This document shows positions 49,505 to 62,699 of a stretch of DNA of 64,000 nucleotides, in pieces. Made by a program: the position numbers and the translations under genes. Below the pieces are notes generated by a model. That model made no database searches, was not told the origin of the DNA, and worked only from the letters and a program-made list of their open reading frames with translations. The stretch is from positions 38,316,001 to 38,380,000 of the forward strand of contig NC_134479.1 in the NCBI RefSeq assembly GCF_964194025.1. Reading direction: 5' to 3'. Positions within the stretch are counted from its first letter, which is position 1; each line of letters starts with the position of its first letter. The stretch is from Convolutriloba macropyga (taxonomy: Eukaryota).

Positions 49505-52500
49505 CTACCAATTGAAATGAAAACAAATCAAGTTGAATTAAAAATGTCTGATGACGGTGGAGTCTGATTCAGCAAACAAAAGCAGTGGAAAATAGAGCAT
49601 TTAAATTCTTTTTTTGGAATGAATAGATTCTGTCTTTACTTTGATCCTATCTCATATTTCGACATACAATTAATTAACGGCAAGTTTGTATCATATATTA
49701 TTCAGTCAGTCGAAAAATTCTGTTTATTTGGTCGCCTTCATTTTGGATGAAACCAGACTGTTTTTCTGTTTTTAAAATAAAGTTGAGTTTTTCTGCTATC
49801 AAAGAGTTTTAAGCCATCTCAAAGGCGATTATTCATAAATTTGAATTTTTATAGTGTCATTAATGTTTTGTTTTTTTAAACCTTTTCTGCTCTTTTTTGT
49901 CTGCTCTGTTTTCGTCTGCTTTGTTTCATAATGAAACTCTTCGAAAATTTGTAGGTTTCAGCCCGTCGAAAGGCTCGAACGCTTGACATATTTTTTATGT
50001 AAGCGCCCTAAAACTTTAAAAATTTTTGCGCTAAGAAAGCAACAAGTCTACTTCTTATACAAAAATTTGTTTCATCATTTGTTAGTAGCTTATTTATCCT
50101 ATGAAGATAATCCATAAGACTTTCCATTCAAAAATTCAAACTGGTGCGGTAAATCATCCAATTTTTTTTTGATCATCAAGTATTTTCAACGACTTTTCAA
50201 TATTTTGCATGGTAATATCTGTTGTCAAATTTTTTGACAAAATTTTGAGAAGGAAGAATATAGGCGAACAGTTTTGTAACTATTGCATAATCGAGTAAAA
50301 GTAATTCACCTTTTCTGGTTTCCAAAGACCTCAAACCAAAAAACTAAGCGGATAGGCATGTTCTTCCAAAAACTTCAGTTAAACAAAATTTTCAAACAAT
50401 TGCATACCGTTACTGCATTAGGATAGAGTTTTGTATATATTTATATTTAGAATTAATCGAGAAAAACTGATACTGTATGATTTACTTATATGTGTCTATG
50501 GCATTATATTTCTAGGCTAAATATCTTTATTTATTTCACTCTAGTGTTATGCCATACATTTTTTCAGTTTCGATTGACTCCCAAACTCAAACCCTGCCTC
50601 GGCAAACCCCATTCACCCTCCTCCACCACCCACCCGAGAGTTTGCATGAGCTCAACACCCTCCCCGGAGATCCCCATTCCACTCATCCCATCCACACCCC
50701 TCATCAAAGCCATATTACTAGCATCTTTGTTTGCTCGTCTTCATTTTGGATGAAAAAAGACTGTTTTTCTATTTTTAAAGTAAAGTTGAGTTTTTCTGCT
50801 ATCAAAGAGTTTTAAGCCTTCTCAATTGCGATTATTCATAAATTTGAATTTTTATAATGTCATTAAGGTTTTGTTTTTTTAAAACCTTCTCTGCTCTTTT
50901 TCGTCTGCTCTGTTTTCGTCTGCTCTGCTTCATAATGAAACTCTTCAAACATTTGTAGGTTTTAGCCCATCAAAAGGCTCTGATGTTTGACAAATTTTTT
51001 TATGTATGCGCCAAAAAACTTTAAAAAACTTTGCACTAAGAAAGCAACAAGGCTATTTCGCATACAAAAATTTGTTTCATTATTTGTTAGTAGCTCATTT
51101 AATCTATGAAGATAATATATAAGACCTTCCATTCAAAAATTGAAACTGCTGCCGTAAATCATCCAGTTTTTTTTTATCATCAAATATTTTTAACGGCTTT
51201 TCAATATTTTGCATTGTAAAATCTGTTGTCAATTTTTTGACAAAATTTTGATAAGGAAGAATATAAGCGAACAGTTTTGTAACTATTGCATAATTGAGTA
51301 TATTTTGATTGATGACAATTATTGTCATTTTTTGATTGTCACATTATTGGATGCATTAAAATCAGAAATATGTGGAGAAAGCGCTAAGAATGGCTAAATT
51401 TGAAAAATGAACAAGCATTTCTATTAAAAGAAAGCCGGCCTGGAAAACTTTAACCAATGAATTCAACAAGGAGGATCGGTAATGAGCGTTTGTATATAGT
51501 GCTCCAACCCCGCTCTTCACCTTTTGACTTATTTGTCATCCAAATGACTAAAAGATAGGAAACTAACAATAATTCACAAACTGTTGGAAAACTATTGTTG
51601 TAGGGTTTTTTAAAAAAGATGAATTCAAATCACTAAAAACATTAGTTAATAAGGCTTTAGAGGATAGGTAGGACCTGCCATTAATGGGACTGAGGGGCAA
51701 GACAAACAGCCAAATAAAGCAATAAAGGTCTTTAATTTCGTCTAAAACTCAATATTCTTTTCTATTAATTTCTTTTGCATTGTAAAATCTGTTGTCAAAT
51801 TTTTTGAAAAATTTTTGAGAGGGAAGAATATAGGCGAACACCTTTGTAACTATTGCATAATCGAGTAATTTTTGATTGATGACAAAGTCATTCGCCTGTT
51901 CTGGTTTCCAAAGACTTCAAAAACAAAAAACTAGGCGGATAGGCATGTTCTTCCAAAAAATTCAGTTAAACAAAATTTTCAAACAATTGCATACCGTTAC
52001 TGCATTAGGATAGAGTTTTGTATATATTTATATTTAGAATTAATCGAGAAAAACTGATACTGTATGATTTACTTATATGTGTCTATGGCAATATATTTCT
52101 AGGCTAAATATCTTTATTTATTTCACTCTAGTGTTATGCCATACATTTTTTCAGTTTCGATTGACTCCCAAACTCAAACCCTGCCTCGGCAAACCCCATT
52201 CACCCTCCTCCACCACCCGAGAGTTTGCATGAGCTCAACACCCTCCCCGGAGATCCCCATTCCACTCATCCCATCCACACCCCTCATCAATGCCATATTA
52301 CTAGCATCTTTGTTTGCTCGTCTTCATTTTGGATGAAAACAGACTGTTTTCCTATTTTTAAAATAAAATTGAGTTTTTCTGCTATCAAAGAGTTTTAAGC
52401 CTTCTCAAAGGCGATTATTCACAATTTTGAATTTTTATAATGTCATTAAGGTTTTGTTTTTTTTAAACCTTCTCTGCTCTTTTTCGTCTGCTCTGTTTTC

Positions 52501-53820
52501 GTCTGCTCTGTTTCATAATGAAATTCTTCGAAGATTTGTAGGTTTTAGCCCGTCAAAAGGCTCTGACGTTTGACATATTTCTATATGTATGCGCCAAAAA
52601 ACTTTAAAAAACTTTGCACTAAGAAAGCAACAAGGCTATTTCGCATACAAAAATTTGTTTCATTATTTGTTAGTAGCTCATTTATCCTATGAAGATAATC
52701 CATAAGACTTTCCATTCAAAAATTCAAACTGGTGCGGTAAATCATCCAATTTTTTTTTGATCATCAAGTCTTTTCAACGACTTTTCAAAATTTTGCATTG
52801 TAAAATCTGTTGTCAATTTTTTTGACAAAATTTTGAGAAGGAAGAATATAGGCGAACAGTTTTGTAACTATTGCATAATTAAGTATATTTTGATTGATGA
52901 CAATTATTGTCATTTTTTGATTGTCACATTATTGGATGCATTAAAATCAGAAAGATGTGAAAAAAGCGCTAAGAATGGCTAAGTTTGAAAAATGAACAAG
53001 CATTTCTATTAAAAGAAAGCCGGCCTGGAAAATTTAACCAATGAATTCAACAAAGAGGATCGGCAATGTGCGTTTGTATATAGTGCTCCAACCCCGCTCT
53101 TCACATTTTGACTTATTTGTCATCCAAATGACTAAAAGATAGGAAACTAACAATAATTCACAAACTGTTGGAAAACTATTGTTGTAGGGTTTTTTAAAAA
53201 AGATGAACTCAAATCACTAAAAACATTAGTTAATATAGCTTTAGAGGATAGGTAAGACCTGCCATTAATGGGACTGAGGGGCAAGACAAACAGCAAAACA
53301 AAGCAATAAAAGGCATTAATTTCGTCTAAAACTCAATATTCATTTCTATTAATTTCTTTTGCATTGTAAAATCTGTTGTCAAATTTTTTGATAAATTTTT
53401 GAGAAGTAAGAATATAGGCGAACACTTTTGTAACTATTGCATAATCGAGTAATTTTTGATTGATGACAAAGTCATTCGCCTGTTCTGGTTTCCAAAGACT
53501 TCAAAACCAAAAAACTAGGCGGATAGGCATGTTCTTCCAAAAAATTCAGTTAAACAAAATTTTCAAACAATTGCATACCGTTACTGCATTAGGATAGAGT
53601 TTTGTATTTTTTATATTTAGGATTAATCGAGAAAAACTGATATTGTATGATTTACTTATATGTGTCTATGGCATTATATTTCTAGGCTAAAAATCTTTAT
53701 TTATTTCACTCTAATGTTATGCCATACTTTTTTTCAGTTTCGATTGACTCCCAAACTCAAACCCGGCCTCGGCAACCGCCATTCACCCTCCTCCACCTCC
53801 CGAGAGTTTGCATGAGCTCA

Positions 53821-55986
53821 CCCGGGCCGAGGAATTTGGCCAAAATTATGTAAGATCAGCGGCAACTAGCGTTGACAAGTCGGAAAGTTCACCGCAATTT
53901 TCTTACATAATTTTGCGTTGAATGCGTTGAATTTAAAGACAAAAATTCAACGCATTCAGCGCAAAATTATGTAAGAAATGGCGGTGAATTTTCCGACTTG
54001 TCAACGCTAGTTGCCGCTGATCTTACATATTTAGCGTTGAATTTAGCATAGATCTTACATAATTAGCCTTGAATTTAGCGTAGATCTTACATATTTTTGC
54101 GTTGAATTTAGCGTTGATCTTACAAAAAATCAACGCGTAGAACTCTGGGTATAGGACTCGAAAAACTGAACTCCTGTTTACTTGTCGCTTCTTCTACCAT
54201 TGCGCCACCGTACCTTGGTTTCCTTAAGAGCCGAAATCCTTATAAAGCGTAGATCTTACATATTTTGCGTTGAATTTAGCGTAGATCTTACATATTTTGC
54301 GTTGATTTTAGCGTAGACCTTACATATTTTGCATTGAATTTTGCGTAGAACTTGCATATATTTCGTTGAATTTAGCCTAGATTTTGCATATTTTTCGTTG
54401 AATTTAGCGTAGATCTTACATATTTTGCGTTGATTTTAGCGTAGACCTTACATATTTTGCATTGAATTTTGCGTAGAACTTGCATATATTTCGTTGAATT
54501 TAGCCTAGATTTTGCATATTTTTCGTTGAATTTAGCCGAGATCTTACATAATTTCAACGTATTCAACGCATTTATCATGTGAGAAGTACTAGGAAAAATT
54601 TAAAAATGTTTTAAGTTTTGAAAAAAATTTGAATTTCTAAAATGGTCTGAAATGGTTTTTGCACCGTAAGAGAGCAAATGGTTATTTTTTGCTGACTTCA
54701 TTTTTCTCAATTGTGCAGTATAGGGGTCGAAACAGTAAAAAAAATTAATTTTTCGAAAAAAAACTTGAAAAATTTGAAATCTTCAAATTGTCTGAAATGG
54801 ATTTTGCACTATAAAAGAGCACTAAAAAAGATTTTTTCTGACTTTTTGTTACTCACCTTTGGAGTATAGGGTTCGAAATAGTGAAAAAATTAAATTTTCG
54901 AAAAAAAAAACTTGAAAAATTTGAAACCGTAAAATGGTGTCAATTGGATTTTGCACTATAAAAGAGCACTAAAAAATGATTTTTCTCTAACTTCACATTT
55001 CTCACCTTTGCAGCATAGGGGTCGAAACAGTGAAATTGATTTTTCGAAAAAAAAAATTTGGAAAAGTTTTGAAATTGTAAAATAGTCTCAAATGGATTTT
55101 GCACTATAAAAGAGCACTAAAAAGTTGTTTTTTGCTGACTTCGCTTTCCTCACCTGTGAAGCATAGGGGTCGAAACAGTGAAAAAATTGACTTTTTGAAA
55201 AAACACTTGAAAAACTTTTGAAATCATAAAGTGTTCTGAAATGGAATTCAAAAAATTCAACCTTAAATTTGTAAGATCTAAGCCAAAATTATACGCGAAA
55301 TATGTAAGATTGGTGTTGAAAGCGTTGAATTTATGTAAGATCTACGCTAAATTCAACGCTAAATATGTAAGATCTACGCTAAAATTCAACGCTAAATTTG
55401 TAAGATCTACGCCAAAATTCAACGCTAAATATGTAAGATCTACGCCAAAATTCAACGCAAAATTATGTAAGATTGGCGTTGAATGCGTTGAATTTATGTA
55501 AGATCTACGCTAAATTCAACGCTAAATACGTAAAATCTACGCTAAAATTAAACGCTAAATATGTAAGATCTACGCCAAAATTCAACGGAAAATTATGTAA
55601 GATTGGCGTTAAATGCGTTGGATTTATGTAAGATCTACGCTAAATTCAACGCTAAATATGTAAGATCTACGCTAAAATTCAACGCTAAATATGTAAGATC
55701 TACGCCAAATTTCAACGCAAAATATGTAAGATTGGCGTTGAATGCGTTGAATTTATGTAAGATCTACGCTAAATTCAACGCTAAATATGTAAGATCTACG
55801 CTAAAATTCAACGCTAAATATGTAAGATCTACGCCAAAATTCAACACAAAATTATGTAAGATTGGCGTTGAATGCGTTGAGTTTATGTAAGATCTACGCT
55901 CAAGCGTAGATCTTACATAAATTCAACGCATTCAACGCCAGTCTTACATAATTTTGCGTTTTTTAGCGTTGACACCTCGGCCCGGG
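53821..55986. mobile_element. Non-autonomous CACTA/EnSpm-like foldback element (2166 bp)
   Basis: Perfect 12-bp TIR CCCGGGCCGAGG/CCTCGGCCCGGG; 2-bp TSD CA, shown by comparison with empty-site module D copies (gagctcaacaccc); inverted arrays of ~32 bp subterminal repeats; four ~147 bp internal repeats at 54650-55245. Confidence 0.88.
54147..54214 (-). other. tRNA-like (Pol III A/B box) segment inside the foldback element
   Basis: Minus strand ggtacGGTGGCGCAATGGTAG...ttTTCGAGTCCtatacc; spacing and partial acceptor stem are tRNA-like, anticodon arm degenerate. Confidence 0.5.
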
Positions 55987-56515
55987 CAATACCCTCCCCT
56001 GAGATCCCCATTCCACTCATCCCATCCACACCCCTCATCAATGCCATATTGCTAACATCTTTAAGCCCCAGGTGGCTACTACCACAGCCAACTGCTCGTC
56101 TGTTCTTTGAGAGCAAAGAGCCCGACATTAGTTGGTTATGTTTATTTCTTGTCTGATCTTGTTATTCTTTCCAAAAACTAGTTATGAAGGATATAATTTT
56201 TTTTGTCGTTAGCAATTTGTTGAGAAATGTTTGTGCAGATTTTCAAAACTGTTCAAAAAAATCTGCAAAAAGGCAAATTAAAAAACTTTTTTTTATTATC
56301 TTTAAAATTTCTGATAATTTTTTTTCATGAAAATATGTCATTCTGGAAGCGTTTAAGTAATATGCGAGTTTGCTTTTGATGAGGTGCCGATTGTTGGATT
56401 CTGTTTTGATCAATGCAAGAGACTTTGGTTCACAAATCCTATAAACAAATTACTTATGTAATTAGCTGATGGTAAAGCAAGCAACGAATAGTAAACAAAA
56501 TGTTTTTGTACTTAC

Positions 56516-56632
56516 TTGAGCAGAAGGAACCGTCTTCATATATGTAGTGCAGGCACATGCACGGATACCATATTCCATTAAAGGAGCAAACTGCCAGGTC
56601 GATGCATGAGTGAGCTCCTGTTTCACAAGGAT
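56516..56632 (-). CDS. Internal 117-bp coding exon, probably the penultimate exon (ECL3) of the same GPCR
   Basis: ctttctag|ATC...CAA|gtaagt, phase 0/0, open frame ILVKQELTHASTWQFAPLMEYGIRACACTTYMKTVPSAQ; splices in frame to 33889; unique GC-richer island. Confidence 0.7.
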
Positions 56633-56835
56633 CTAGAAAGAGACGTTGGATAAACTGATAATATGAACAAAAAAGTTACCAGCAAGACCAGAAGAAATTT
56701 ACTGGAATGATATGACTAAAGAGGGGATTTATCGGTGAATTTCACTTTTAATTTGTGAATAATTTAGGTCTTTGCGGGGAAAAGTATATTATAATTGAAA
56801 ATTTTTGTCACCTAACGTCCAAAAACGTTGTCTGG

Positions 56836-57225
56836 TCACACTATTGGATATGTTAAAATCAAAAAGATGTGAAAAAAGCGCTAAGAATAGCTAAGTTTGA
56901 AAAATGAACCAGAAGTTGTATTGAAAGAACGCCTGCCTGGAAAACTTCGAAAATGTGCGTTTGTATATAGTGCTACGAACCCGCTCATCCATATTTTGAC
57001 TTAATTGTCAACCAAATGACTAAAAGATAGAAACTTACAACAATTCACAAACATTGTTATATGTTTTTTTTAAAGGAGGAACCCAAATCACTAAAGAATT
57101 AGTTGATATAGCATCAGGGGATCGATAAGACCTGCCATTATTGAGACTGAGAGGCAAAACAAAAAGCCAAATAAAGCAACAAAAGGCATTAACTGCGTCC
57201 AAAACTCGATATCCATTTCTATTTT
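56836..57225. repeat. Diverged outlying copy of array module E
   Basis: gtcacactattggatatgttaaaatcaaaaagatgtgaaaaaagcgctaag...gacctgccatta...aaaactcgatatcc aligns to 43526-43950. Confidence 0.85.
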
Positions 57226-58266
57226 AAGGAAAACACTTAGAAATAAAGTCAAACTAGCATCAGTTAAAAGCTAAGATAGAAGACACGAGGTAACTTGTCA
57301 ACAAAAAAAAGAACAGAGAAGGTCAAAACATTGAAAATACAGTCAAATCTTGTAAACCATATAAAGTCGAGGTCGTGAGCATATCAATTAAAACACAAGA
57401 AAACTTTTAAAATAATGTTTGCTGCAAAAGAAATTTGAAAAGACCAATCCTGTGGGAGTCAAAGTTACAATTTAACAAAAAGAAGAATGAAAAAAAAATT
57501 GTTGATGTTTTCGAAAACAATTAATTTTAAAGTCATTTAAACCATTCACCCTCGAATGAAGTTTTTACATACGTACATTTATACGCCCAAAACTCTTGAT
57601 AGCTGTCATTAATCAGAGGATTTGATACGGCGACAATAAGAGACCAATTTCAGACAAAAACAGAAAACTTAATTAATTTTGCTATAAAGTTGTCAAATCC
57701 GTCAAAATTCAATCTTCGAAAACGTTAAACTTGTAGCCTAATGGGGTCCAAATTTAATCCCAATGGAACAAAAAAAACACAAATATAGTAAAAAATCTAA
57801 AGGTCAAAAACCTTTATACGAAAACTCTTCATCTCAAAGTTAACTCAAACGAATAAAACCATTCGTTAAAAAACTGCTAAAAATGTTGACTTTTAACACT
57901 TTTTCTATCCGAATGCAGAGTGACTTGTAAAAAATGAGACAAAATTACAAGTCGATAGACTTGTAAAATTATATAAGTGCTGAAGTCCGAATTTTCATTG
58001 ATTATTTAAAAATAACGAATTTATTCAAATTCATTCAGGCCATTGGTCAAATCAAAACCACTAAATACATATGGTTTTTTTCACTCGAATTGGTCCAAAA
58101 ACTTGAACAAAGTGATCCACGGAGGCACATTTGGTGTCATTCGGAAAAGAAGCTAATCTTTTAAATAATTTGGCCAAAATTTTAGACAAAAATCTGGGTC
58201 AAGCAGTTCGGCACACCCTGATACACTTAAAGTTAAAACCAAAAAAACTATTGTTAATATATTAAC

Positions 58267-58984
58267 CAAATAAATTTTCATAAATTTTTCTCCAAAATTG
58301 AACTCAATTTTGGGGACAAAAAGCACTAAGCAAGAGAAATCTTACAAATGTTTACAAAATTGCAACCTAGATAATTGCTCGAAAAAAGGGAGAGATTCGA
58401 AAGTTTTTTTTATTAAATTTGATATTGTACGCTTGACGGGCTTTCTATTGATAACACTTACAACTATGCACGGTTAAAATAAAGATCCGCTAAAAAATGA
58501 TTGATCAAATAAATTTTCATGAATTTTTCTCCAAAATTGAACTCAAATTCAGAAAAAAAGCACTAAACAAGAGAAATCTTACAAATATTCACAAAATTTC
58601 AACCTCGATATTTGCTCAAAAAAAAGGAGATATTCGAAAATTTTTTTTTATTAAATTTGATATTGTACGCTTGACGGGCTTTCTATTGATAACACTTACA
58701 ACTATGCACGGTTAAAATAAAGATCCGCTAAAAAATGATTGATCAAATAAATTTTCATGAATTTTTCTCCAAAATTGAACTCAATTTCAGAAAAAAAAAG
58801 CACTAAACAAGAGAAATCTTACAAATGTTCATAAAATTTCAGCCTCGATAATTGCTCGAAAAAAGGGTCTCGAAAATTTTATTTTTATTAAATTTGATAT
58901 TGTACGCTTGACGGGCTTTCTATTGATAACTCTTACAACTATGCACGGTTAACATAATGATCCGCTAAAAAATGATTGATCAAA
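58267..58984. repeat. Tandem repeat, 3 x ~239 bp
   Basis: caaataaattttcat... unit starts at 58267, 58506 and 58744. Confidence 0.95.
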
Positions 58985-60376
58985 AGAAAGATGAGCCTAT
59001 AGTTCCTCCCCTCACCCTCCCTAAGTAATGTGGGCTCGGAACAAAAATTGAAATGTTTTTCTTAGCATTATGCCTTTTTGAATATCCTCTGCAGCTGAAA
59101 AATTTGAAAGTGTTTTATGGTCCACGATTCTTTATTCTTCAAATCACTTCTCTCGCCAAAATGATTGCAAGCAAAGTTACCCAAATATCGGTGCTATTCT
59201 CACTTTTCAAGAAATTTTTTGACATTGATGGTATATTTTGTTTCGTCAAAATTCTCAATACTCAAGTTAATAATGTTAACATTTGACATATACGGACGTC
59301 AAAAGGCGATCCTGGAAGGGTGGAAACATCAATTTTTTGTCAAAAAAGGAGATAAAAGGTTGTACTTACTTTCGATTTGGTCGACTGGATTGATCTCCGC
59401 TAAAACAACAAACTTAATTGTAAATAATTAGTTACGCGTTTTCAGCTATTGTAGATCATATAAAATCATGAACCAAAAGCAACTTACATGAATATAGCCA
59501 AACTGTGTCAGACAAAATCTCTGTGTCCGAAAAGTCAATCAAATTAGTTTGATTGCTCACGTAACACTTGCATTTTTGTGATTTCAATGAAAACTCCCGC
59601 AACCAAATTCGAGCTCGTAGCGAGTTTTTCCGAGCATTTGCTGAAACACTGACTTTGGCTTTGAACCCAAACAAAATAACCAAGTTTCAAGTTATCTGCA
59701 TTTAAAGCCATCAGATCTTTGTTTGTTTCCATCATGAGTGAACAACAACAACTCCATGTTAAAATATAAAAACACGTTGAAAGTTTAATATTTTTGTTTA
59801 CTATTCCACCCATCGGTTATATTTCAGTAATTGTTCAAAATCAACGGCTTTGAAAAAAGTGAAAACTCAATTCACAAGCTGCAATCTATTGAAAATATAT
59901 TCGGAAAATAGGAACTACTTTTTGGACACGACTTCACTTTTGATCTCTCTAGAAATTTTCAATTACAGCTGAATAAAAGAAATCTTTATTTTAAGATGGG
60001 ATTTTAAGAATACCAAAGATGAAAGGCGTATTTCATAACTTGAAAAATAAAATTTCTTATCAAGGTTTCAATCAAAATACGTTTTCGACGATAGAAATCT
60101 GTTCGAGCTGTCTCAACATTTATGCAAATTTTTATGCAGAGCTTTTAAAATCAGATCTAGACCAAAACCCATGAATAATTAATTTAGTGCAGACATCAAA
60201 CAGTTATTTTCCTAAGAATGTTCATTTCCCAAAGGAAAGTTTAAGAAATGCATTTTATTTTCATTCCTTCGGTATGATTGTTCACGCGTAAGAGCAAATT
60301 GTAAATAGAGAAAGAAGGGACGCACTTCAAAACTAGTTTCATTTTCTTTAAAGCTGAAAAAATTTAATGGAAAGAT

Positions 60377-61379
60377 CCCTTGCGTTCTGAGAAATCAAAA
60401 TCTTGCAAAATTCTTGCAAGAAATCTTGCAAGGTAATACATCGTTCTTCCATTTATCTTGCAACAATTCGAATTGAATTCATTTCTTCTCGCAAGAACTT
60501 TGCAAGATTTTGTATTCTTCTTGCGAGAATATTGCAAGATATTGAATTCTTTTTATAATTTACTGAATGACGAATGCAGACGAGCCAGCTAAAAATGTCA
60601 ATTTTTTTAAGCATGAAATCGGTAACAATGTGTCGGAAAATTTAGTCAAGTAATGCTATAAACTGATCTTTTGACCTATTTCCAGGATGATTCGGGTTGT
60701 CTTTCCCCTCCTGCTTTTTTATTCCGGCTTGAGCCAAGCATTGGCGGAGTTATGAATAAATTTATTGGAATACTGATAGGGTACGGTGAGAACCGAATCT
60801 AATAAAAGACGAGATAAACATCTGTCGGAAAAGTTACCCAAATCATGAAAAAAACTGAATTTCCTAGCAATTCCCGTATGATTTGGGTTGTTTCTCCCTC
60901 CTCCTTTTGCATCAAAGCGGCGTTAAAACTTAATTGAAATAAATATACTGACATAACAATTAACTACCGAGAAAACTGAAAAAAGTCAAAATTTAGCTAA
61001 AATGGTAAACCTTGAACTTTTTGCAATTAAAGTGTCGGGAATTATTGCTCTGAAAACACTCCATATGGCAGGCACAACCAGATGAACTACAGAAACACGG
61101 GTAAAAACAAAACTTCCCAAATTAACAGATCTCGAAAAAGAGGAAGACTTTTGTGACAAATTATTTTTTTAATCAAAAAGTAAAGATAACCTTCACTGGA
61201 CCTGTTTTGAAGCTTGTTCAGTAAACAATAATTTAGTTCTTCGGTTATTTCTAAACCATTGCTCCTCTGATTTTGTTTTTTGCTTGGGTTGATGTCTTGC
61301 AAAAATCTAGCAAGAATCTTGCTATTTTGGAATTAACCTTCAATCTTCTTGCAAGATTTGAATCCGCTCAACACTAGAG
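60377..61379. mobile_element. Non-autonomous CACTA/EnSpm-like element
   Basis: CCCTTGCGTT ... AACACTAGAG imperfect TIR flanked by AT/AT; many TCTTGCAAGA motifs at 60400-60545 and 61295-61356. Confidence 0.55.
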
Positions 61380-62064
61380 ATTTAACTGTCTGCGATATCT
61401 AAGAAATTCAGTACCTATACTGATACTTTGAAAAAAAGAGCCCTCTCAGAGCATTGTGGTTGTTTGCTTTTCAAATTTCAAAAACAAATTTATAATTCCA
61501 CACTGACAACCATAAGCAGATTATGAAAAATTTTTCTTCTGATTGAACAGGATACGGCATGGTCTCAACATTGGTTTTGCAAAAAAGACTCCATTGCTAT
61601 TTAAAGAACATTCATAACAACTCGAACAGTTCACTGTTTTCCGCAAAAATTGTCAATAATCTGAAAATTAGTCCGATTTGAAAGAAAAGATAAATGGTAC
61701 ATAATCAAACAAAAGTTCTTAGGATACAAGATAATTCTTAAGATATTAATAATAAGTTTTGCAAAAAGCAGACATAGGCCATCGGAACTTTTGATCATGC
61801 AAAAAGCGGTGGCACAATCAATACTGGCTCAAATTTTTACCTAGAAATGCTATTGGGTAATTAATGTCCAACAAATTATACAACTACATAAAAAAAACTG
61901 TAACAACTAGTTTGAAAACTGTGGTTTTGATTCAAATTTTCTAAAGTAGCTGTCGTACAGAAACCGTCTTCTGTAGTCGAGTGTATTTTGCTGAGCGAAT
62001 TTACAATTTAAGTAATTACGAAATTCAAGTGTTTTCTTGGTGCGTTTCAACAACTAAATTTGAA

Positions 62065-62300
62065 TGTTGTGAAATATTCTGTTTGAGCCTCATTTTAAGC
62101 GGTATTCACTTAATGAGTTCTTTAGACTATTGTTCGAGTTAGTGAATTTGTATTCATATCAGAGATTTTGAATTGAGCGATCCGCGGAGCGAAATTCGAA
62201 ATAAAGAGATTAGACTGAAAATTGAATTTGGATTCAAGAGAATGACAAAAGAAGAATTACAGAAAATTGATCAGCAATTTGATCATATCATATCACAACC
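62065..62300. repeat. Candidate LTR of the second gypsy element
   Basis: Inverted termini TGTTGTGA...TCACAAC, located 3' of the integrase fragment; partner LTR is outside the window. Confidence 0.45.
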
Positions 62301-62699
62301 TTAAAAAGAAATTGCGGTAAAATAAAATTATCAGACAGCATGATCAGACATTCAATCACATTTAAGTAAACAAAATTAAGAGCATGAAAAAGGAGGATTT
62401 GATCTTCAAAATCAAGAATGAACAAATTAATAATTAAATGACTAAAATTGAACTAAATTTAAGATTAATTGAAATTAGGGGTTTTAGCACTACAAATGAC
62501 ATCGTCAATTGTACACCTATATCATATTTCCCCTACAGCAAAAATAAACAACCGAGTATGTTTATGATAAAATTAATAAAACACATACTGGTTACTATAA
62601 ATAATAGAATGAGGTTTATGAGAAGTTTTTGTTTTCATCGGAATCAGTTTCATAGAGGCGTTTTACCTCGCGGACTGTCATAGAATTTTCAGGTCCTTC

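Larger units (their letters stand above)
41060..56060. repeat. Complex modular tandem/segmental repeat array (0.3-1.6 kb modules in shuffled order)
   Basis: Recurrent modules: C 'cgtcttcattttggatgaaa' (~41912, 42924, 47294, 49732, 50736, 52319), D C-rich 'aaaccctgcctcggcaaacccc' (~42781, 50589, 52177, 53759) and E 'gattgtcacattattggatgc' (~43521, 47892, 51334, 52919); left end lies in a gap. Confidence 0.95.

Noticed and set aside
42741-52336. Recurrent 60-90 aa ORFs (MPYIFSVSID..., MCVSVYVSC...) as a gene family
   Set aside because: They recur only because the DNA modules are duplicated; indels shift frames between copies and no domain is recognisable
54147-54214. Functional tRNA gene
   Set aside because: Anticodon and T arms do not pair properly, and the segment is embedded in a transposon
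54372-55890. ORFs with repeating KFNAKYVRST peptides
   Set aside because: They are translations of the subterminal DNA repeats of the foldback element
59456-59813. Possible upstream GPCR exon (Cys-rich ORFs)
   Set aside because: No TM6-like motif or convincing splice sites were found
60685-60790. Plus-strand exon-like segment (ttccag...g|gtgag) with a signal-peptide-like frame
   Set aside because: It lies inside a TIR element, is partly duplicated at ~60876, and has no partner exons or recognisable product
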